DNA of 32,000 nucleotides from an archaeon (GTDB lineage Archaea; Iainarchaeota; Iainarchaeia; Iainarchaeales; CSSED10-239): NCBI GenBank assembly GCA_035390665.1, contig DAOOUC010000003.1, positions 90,001 to 122,000 of the forward strand, read 5' to 3'. Shown piece by piece: positions 26,888 to 32,000 of this stretch (position 1 is its first letter; each line of letters starts with the position of its first letter). The notes under the pieces were generated by a model. It saw only the letters and a program-made list of their open reading frames with translations, ran no database searches and was not told where the DNA came from. The position numbers and the translations under genes were made by a program.

Positions 26888-29800
26888 TTATTGAGACTCC
26901 TCATTTACTTTTTCTGGATTGTACCACAAACTAATTCTATTTGCATCATAGAAATTAAAACAAACATTTTGACTTGTAATATTATTAAATACAGAATTAA
27001 TATTTTGTAATTCATCTGGTCTAAATTTTTCATTTACAATATTTCCTGGGATTACAAAATATTCTTTTTCAGGTATTTCTGAAATTAATGCAGAAGGTAC
27101 TGCAAATGTAAATTTGTAATTTGTTTGAATTGGTCTTTTTGTAAATAATTCTATTTTTTGTGTAGGACAATTTACAAATGCAAAGATTGTTGTTTTGTAA
27201 GATTTCCCATTTTGTAATAAATATCTATTATTTCCGGTTATTGGCTTTATTTCTAATAATTTTGCATCAATATTATCATACCAAAACATATTTCTATCTA
27301 AAGACTTCGCCTCATTTCCTGCATTTGTATATTGTAATAAATATGAATTATTTGTTTTGGAAATAATTTGTATTGGTCTTATGTTTTTATAAATAATGCC
27401 ATGTATTCCATTACCTCTTGTAGAAATACTTAATAGATATCCATCTTGACCCTTTGACCAAATATCGTGATTTGTGATTATTTCTGTTTCTTTTGAAATT
27501 CCTGTTTCTGATTCTTTAAATAATTTGCCTGTATAATTGAAATAATAAGCATTTATTGGATTTGTAAATAACATATTTGATTTATATTTTAAATATTTAG
27601 ATTGCTCATAATAATTTAAAATACTAGATAAATCACTTTCTTTTATAGAAACTTTTGGTTCTGTTGGTGTTTCTATAAATATCTTTACGGTTCTTGGAGA
27701 ATTTATATTTGTTACTTCTGAACTTTCAGAAAATGGCAAGGCTTTTTGTGTAGTTAAGAAATCTCCTGTGCCTGTAAATATTTCGTTAGTTATTCCTATG
27801 TTTGTAGAATTAAATGTCTTCGTGTTGACTACAACAGGATTCAATGCGTCTCCGTAATATATATTTAAATTTCTTAAAATCTTAGTATTAAATGCAATAA
27901 ATCTTAATTGAGTATTTTGATCTGCTGCATTAAAGAAATTTTGAATTGTTGGTTGTGCCCTTAAATGAGATTTTACTGAAAAATAATAATCATCATTAAT
28001 TTTCGTGAAATTATTGTCTGTAAATATTGTAATGAAATTAGTAATTGTTTCTGCATTTAAATCAGTGTCTGGAGTTACTGTTGATTTTAATATTATTATT
28101 TCTCTTAAATCTGTAGGTAACTTTGCAATTAATACATCTATAGCTGTTGTGTATTCACTTAGTGATACTCTTCTTAAATCAGTTATAGATAAAGAATCAA
28201 TAACAGAGTCTTTGAATAACCCGTCTGTTTTTAATAACGTATTTTCTGAAATAATATTATTTTCTGTTTTAAATGTAACTTCATCTAAAGTATATTTATT
28301 ACTTGAATTAAGTATTTCTATCTTCTTTAATAAAGTTATTTTTAACTGATCTTGATCACAATAGAATCCATAGTCACAATTATTGTGAGTCATTTCTGAT
28401 TCGTTCCATTTTAATAACAATCTATTAAATCCATAATCATAATAATTTCTTTCTCCTGTATATCCCGAATTTGAATTAAAGCCCATTGGATCATAACAGA
28501 ATCCTTCTATACTTGGTGTTGAAATATATTTTACATCCAATGGAACATTTTGATTATCATTTGGATCAATACAATCTAATTCTGCTAAATTAAAATCAGC
28601 AACAGAAAAGTTGATATTTTTTAATCTTCTATCTTTATTTAACCAATCTATACTTAAAAATTCTTCTTTTAACATATAATCATAAGGTTGACTAAATCTT
28701 AAATTTGTAATTTTAGATTCTATCTCTGTTAATCTTCTTACTGGCCTACTAATACAAAATCTTACTTCTCTTGTATCTTCTAAAGATTCTAATTTAAAAA
28801 TTACATCTCCTCTTGTTGTCATTATTGTTTGATCTTTAATATAATATAAACTTGAGATAAAATGATTTGTGGAAATATTTGCAATGTTTTCTACAAAACA
28901 AACTCTTGCATCTTTCCCATTTTCTTTGAAATTATAAATATTTGCTAAATATTCTTTATTTAAGTTTATTTGCACATTCATTTCTTGTGGATTTGTATTT
29001 TGATTAAAAGTCATTGCGCCTGTTGCATAATAAAATTTAGTATTTCCTGAATTATAATCCATTTCCTTTCTTTCAGCTAGTGTTGGCTCGGAAATTAAAC
29101 AATCAAATGCAACTTTTGTTTGTAATTCTGACTCTACTCCATTAGAATTACAACCTAAAGATGGAACTTCTGTATTTATTCTAAACACTACTTTTCTTAA
29201 TTCTTCATCTTTTCTTAGAAAATCTATTCCTAAAAATTTCTTTACTGCATTAAGTGTATATTCTTTTGAAGAATATAAATTTCTAATTTTAGATTCTTGT
29301 TCCATTAATCTTCTTGTAGGTCTACTTAAACAAATTTCTAATTTATTTGAATTATCTCTAATTGTTTTTAATTTAATTAATATTATACCGTTGTCTAATA
29401 TATCTTCTTGTGTATCAATATATGTACCCGAAATATTTAGATTATCAATCACATCTCCATCTAATGTTTTAACAAAACAAACTCTTGCATCTGTTCCATT
29501 TTCTTTGAAGTTTCCAACTTTATTAATATATTCTGAATCTATATTTATATCATATACTAACATATCATCTTCCAAAGCTACAATTTCCTCAGATAACTTA
29601 ATTGCATCTTTTGCTTTGTGGAAATAATATCTACTTGTTTCTTCATTAAATGGAAGTCTTTTTCTAAATGAAAATGATTTTTCTGGGATAACACAATCAA
29701 AGGTTTGTTTATTTCCTGTTTCTTCTTCTTCACTTGTACAGTCTAATGGTGCTAATACTGCTTTTAAAGAAAATATATATGAATTTGTATCTACATTATT

Positions 29801-32000
29801 TCTTTCTAAATCAAATATGCTTTCGATATTAAGATTATTACCGTTTACTCTTGAATTATTAGTATATCTTATGTCTGATTTGTATTTTATATCATTTATC
29901 ATTCTTTCATTGTCTGTTAATTCTGTTACAGGCCTACTAATACACACTTGAATATTTATGTCCTGGTTTCCTTTAATAATTTTTATTTGAGAAATAATTT
30001 GTGCATTTACAAAATTAGAAGTGTAGTTATTTTTAAAATCATAATTTTCTATATTTATTGTTTTTACGAAACAAACTCTTGCATCTGTTCCATTTTCTCT
30101 AAAATTTGTGGTTTTACTTAAATAATCACTATTAATATCTACATAAATCATAGATTTTAATATTGTTAATTTTAAAGAATCAGAATCATAAATAAAATTA
30201 GCAGTACGATTATTAAATCCTAAATCTAGTCTTTGCTGTATTGTTTTTGGTTCTCTTACACAGTTAAATTTTGATTCATCTACTATTGTACTTGCTGTTG
30301 GCAAATTTTGAGTAATTGTGCTTGGATCTGTTTTTGTTACAGTTTTATTATTTAAAACCCCGAGATTATAAAAACTATAACCTTCATTTAGTTTTGCTAT
30401 AATTTGACTAGAATCACTACCAATATCTAACTTATCTGTACTTGAGTAAACATTATCATATTGATAATCTAATAAACTTCTATCTCTTATATCAACTAAT
30501 GTAAATGTAAATATATAAACCATCCAACCCATTACCCTTTCTATTATTTCAAAAAATTTACTTGAATGTATTGGGGCATAAATTATCATATCTACAGAAT
30601 TTACAGTATTATCACACACAGTGTCTGGGACAATAAAATTATACTCGGTTTTAAATTTATCTGCCTTATAAACAAAATTAGTTTCTGGATTTACATTATA
30701 GCCGTATAATTGGAATATGTTCCCTGCATTTCTTTTTCTTTCATTAATTAAATTATTTAAATTTCTATAATTCTTTTCTTTTAAGTTATCTGATTTTGTT
30801 ATTAAAATATGTGGATAAAAATCTTCATTTTCTAATTCTGATATTCTTTCTGGCGTCCAAAAGTCATCTTTTAATTTAATATCAACATAACAGCTTTTTC
30901 CTGTTTCTGTAACATTCACTGTTGTTTCTTCAACATTAAAATCAACATAAGACATTGTTGATCTTGGAACGCAAGATAATGGAGTTAATGCTGTCTTTAA
31001 AGAAAATATTGCAGAACCATTCTTTTGTCTTCCGTTTTCTTTATCATATATTTCTTCAATTGTTAAATTATTATTTTTATATTTTACATCATTAATTATA
31101 CTTTCATAATCTTCTAATTTATTTAATGGTCTTATAAAACACACACTTAATTTTGAATCATTTATTTTTATTACTGAAATAACATTTCCATTAGCTAAAA
31201 CACTGTCTTTATTTTCTAAAACATTATTTGTTTGTAGCTCTGTTAGAATGCTCTGAGGAATTGCAGTTTCAAAACAAACTCTTGCATCATTTTCATTTTC
31301 TTTAAAGTCTTCTACCTCACTTAAGAAATCCGAATTTACAAAAATATTTATTTGAGTATTATCTGTTGTTAAGTTTATTGCTTCAGGATTAGATACAAAT
31401 TTAGTGTTTCTTTCATTAAAATCTAAATCTCTTAATCTTTTCTTTAAAGTTATTTCTTTTTCAGCACATAAAAAGTTTTTATCTGGAATATTTGTACTTA
31501 TTTGTGGTAATGTTCCTGAGATTGCTGTGTCTTCTACTTTTGTAACAGAAATATTATATAAATAATCTAAATTATATAAATTGTTTGTTTCTGCAATTCT
31601 TTGACTATCTCTACTTAAGTCTAATGCACCAAGACTGCTATATACATTATTATATTTATTATCAAAATAATTTTCATTTCTAGAATCATAAATTGTAAAT
31701 GATCCAACATATAATAACCAACTCCAGAAATCCCCCAAAGCTCTTAAAAATTTACTTGATTTCATTGGCAAGAAAACTACTGCATCCATTGTGTTGGTCT
31801 CATTATTACATACTGATTCCGGTACAGTAAAATCATAAGTTGTATTATAGGCTGGTGCTTTATAAACAAAACTTTTTTTCTGATTCTCTCCATATAATCT
31901 AAAAATATTTCGTGCACCATCTCTTTGATCATCAACTAATTGTTCCATAGTTTTAAAATTTTCTGCTTTATTCTGTGTTGCTTCTGTAACTAAAATATGA
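26888..32000 (-). CDS. Giant modular repeat protein, 5'-partial (>=1703 aa in-window). The reading frame stays open upstream of the tracked Met at 31948, to the window edge.
   Basis: The track ORF starts at the Met at 31948, but the 51 nt upstream (31949..31999) translate in frame without a stop as HILVTEATQNKAENFKT. This segment plus the ORF start aligns residue-for-residue with the internal module boundary HILITKSDNLKEKNYRNLNNLINERKRNAGNIFQLYG, so the listed Met is internal. The protein holds repeated X (~200 aa) and Y (~170-190 aa) domains and a C-terminal module shared with the other giants (LLLKWNESEMTHNNCDYGFYCDQDQL; ...QNVCFNF...LWYNPEKV). Confidence 0.88.
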   Translation of the reverse strand, partial: HILVTEATQNKAENFKTMEQLVDDQRDGARNIFRLYGENQKKSFVYKAPAYNTTYDFTVPESVCNNETNTMDAVVFLPMKSSKFLRALGDFWSWLLYVGSFTIYDSRNENYFDNKYNNVYSSLGALDLSRDSQRIAETNNLYNLDYLYNISVTKVEDTAISGTLPQISTNIPDKNFLCAEKEITLKKRLRDLDFNERNTKFVSNPEAINLTTDNTQINIFVNSDFLSEVEDFKENENDARVCFETAIPQSILTELQTNNVLENKDSVLANGNVISVIKINDSKLSVCFIRPLNKLEDYESIINDVKYKNNNLTIEEIYDKENGRQKNGSAIFSLKTALTPLSCVPRSTMSYVDFNVEETTVNVTETGKSCYVDIKLKDDFWTPERISELENEDFYPHILITKSDNLKEKNYRNLNNLINERKRNAGNIFQLYGYNVNPETNFVYKADKFKTEYNFIVPDTVCDNTVNSVDMIIYAPIHSSKFFEIIERVMGWMVYIFTFTLVDIRDRSLLDYQYDNVYSSTDKLDIGSDSSQIIAKLNEGYSFYNLGVLNNKTVTKTDPSTITQNLPTASTIVDESKFNCVREPKTIQQRLDLGFNNRTANFIYDSDSLKLTILKSMIYVDINSDYLSKTTNFRENGTDARVCFVKTINIENYDFKNNYTSNFVNAQIISQIKIIKGNQDINIQVCISRPVTELTDNERMINDIKYKSDIRYTNNSRVNGNNLNIESIFDLERNNVDTNSYIFSLKAVLAPLDCTSEEEETGNKQTFDCVIPEKSFSFRKRLPFNEETSRYYFHKAKDAIKLSEEIVALEDDMLVYDINIDSEYINKVGNFKENGTDARVCFVKTLDGDVIDNLNISGTYIDTQEDILDNGIILIKLKTIRDNSNKLEICLSRPTRRLMEQESKIRNLYSSKEYTLNAVKKFLGIDFLRKDEELRKVVFRINTEVPSLGCNSNGVESELQTKVAFDCLISEPTLAERKEMDYNSGNTKFYYATGAMTFNQNTNPQEMNVQINLNKEYLANIYNFKENGKDARVCFVENIANISTNHFISSLYYIKDQTIMTTRGDVIFKLESLEDTREVRFCISRPVRRLTEIESKITNLRFSQPYDYMLKEEFLSIDWLNKDRRLKNINFSVADFNLAELDCIDPNDNQNVPLDVKYISTPSIEGFCYDPMGFNSNSGYTGERNYYDYGFNRLLLKWNESEMTHNNCDYGFYCDQDQLKITLLKKIEILNSSNKYTLDEVTFKTENNIISENTLLKTDGLFKDSVIDSLSITDLRRVSLSEYTTAIDVLIAKLPTDLREIIILKSTVTPDTDLNAETITNFITIFTDNNFTKINDDYYFSVKSHLRAQPTIQNFFNAADQNTQLRFIAFNTKILRNLNIYYGDALNPVVVNTKTFNSTNIGITNEIFTGTGDFLTTQKALPFSESSEVTNINSPRTVKIFIETPTEPKVSIKESDLSSILNYYEQSKYLKYKSNMLFTNPINAYYFNYTGKLFKESETGISKETEIITNHDIWSKGQDGYLLSISTRGNGIHGIIYKNIRPIQIISKTNNSYLLQYTNAGNEAKSLDRNMFWYDNIDAKLLEIKPITGNNRYLLQNGKSYKTTIFAFVNCPTQKIELFTKRPIQTNYKFTFAVPSALISEIPEKEYFVIPGNIVNEKFRPDELQNINSVFNNITSQNVCFNFYDANRISLWYNPEKVNEESQ
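28571..31474 (-). repeat. Four copies of a Cys-bounded ~170-190-aa domain ('Y' domain) inside the right-hand giant gene.
   Basis: The protein motif F[KR]EN(G)xDARVCF occurs at aa 221, 622, 820 and 1013. A conserved 17-mer, aaacaaactcttgcatc, appears on the plus strand at 31272, 30069, 29475 and 28896 (spacings 1203, 594 and 579 nt). Each copy also has a start F[LND]C, a mid [VIF]C[FIL][IS]RP..L.E.E..I and an end PL.C/SLGC/ELDC. Approximate copy spans: 30971..31474, 29738..30268, 29150..29701, 28571..29107. Confidence 0.8.

Noticed and set aside
10000-29700. Remaining plus-strand track ORFs (11010..11207, 13888..14112, 17294..17482, 17786..18049, 19893..20156, 20257..20547, 21189..21407, 23074..23271, 23415..23702, 23811..23993, 27178..27366, 28005..28349, 29391..29627)
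   Set aside because: All are short and nested antisense in giant minus-strand genes. They have the L/F/I/Y-rich composition expected from reading AT-rich coding DNA backwards, and none has independent support.
1-32000. Alternative genetic code (TGA recoding, as in Mollicutes or some CPR lineages)
   Set aside because: ORFs of 2-7.5 kb are intact under the standard code, Trp is encoded by TGG throughout, and one gene ends cleanly at TGA followed by a terminator-like hairpin. There is no need to invoke recoding.
1-32000. Very high density of N-x-S/T sequons as evidence for heavy N-glycosylation
   Set aside because: Asn, Ser and Thr are strongly enriched simply because of the AT-rich codon bias. 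Sequon excess cannot be judged without a composition-corrected count.
1-32000. tRNA/rRNA genes, CRISPR arrays, IS elements, integrases, toxin-antitoxin or defence genes
   Set aside because: I looked for them but found none. The non-coding space totals about 344 nt and contains no direct-repeat/spacer structure, no terminal inverted repeats and no cloverleaf-capable sequence.

Overview
This window is AT-rich (roughly 25-30% GC by eye, not computed) and looks prokaryotic. It is almost entirely coding: the eight intergenic gaps sum to about 344 nt by coordinate arithmetic. All real genes are on the minus strand. I support nine genes. Four are giant proteins of >1875, 1991, 2514 and >=1703 aa in-window. 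Five are proteins with Sec-type signal peptides (713, 499, 674, 132 and 442 aa).

Two giants run off the window edges. The one at 1..5627 is missing from the supplied ORF track. The one at the right edge stays open upstream of its listed Met, to position 32000.

Three giants have a short cytoplasmic N-terminus and one signal-anchor helix, followed by tandem beta-sandwich repeats that resemble carboxypeptidase-regulatory-like/Ig-like domains. All four share a Cys/Trp-marked C-terminal module. Two secreted proteins (713 and 674 aa) are paralogs with a Gly/Asn/Asp-rich periodic core (GNGGxGG turns about 45-50 aa apart) that looks like a beta-solenoid. Each of these lies immediately upstream of a ~2000-aa giant, at gaps of 2 nt and 14 nt, so the two-gene unit appears duplicated.

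Only two gaps look like transcription boundaries. One is a hairpin plus U-tract terminator overlapping the stop codon at 25541, followed by TATA-like boxes. The other is a 172-nt AT-rich gap at 9277..9448.

I recognise no enzymes, housekeeping genes, RNA genes, CRISPR arrays or mobile elements. My overall reading is inference: an uncharacterised multi-component cell-surface or attachment locus. That kind of locus would fit an AT-rich uncultured episymbiont (DPANN archaeon or CPR bacterium), but taxonomy cannot be decided from this window. All plus-strand ORFs in the track look like antisense artefacts.
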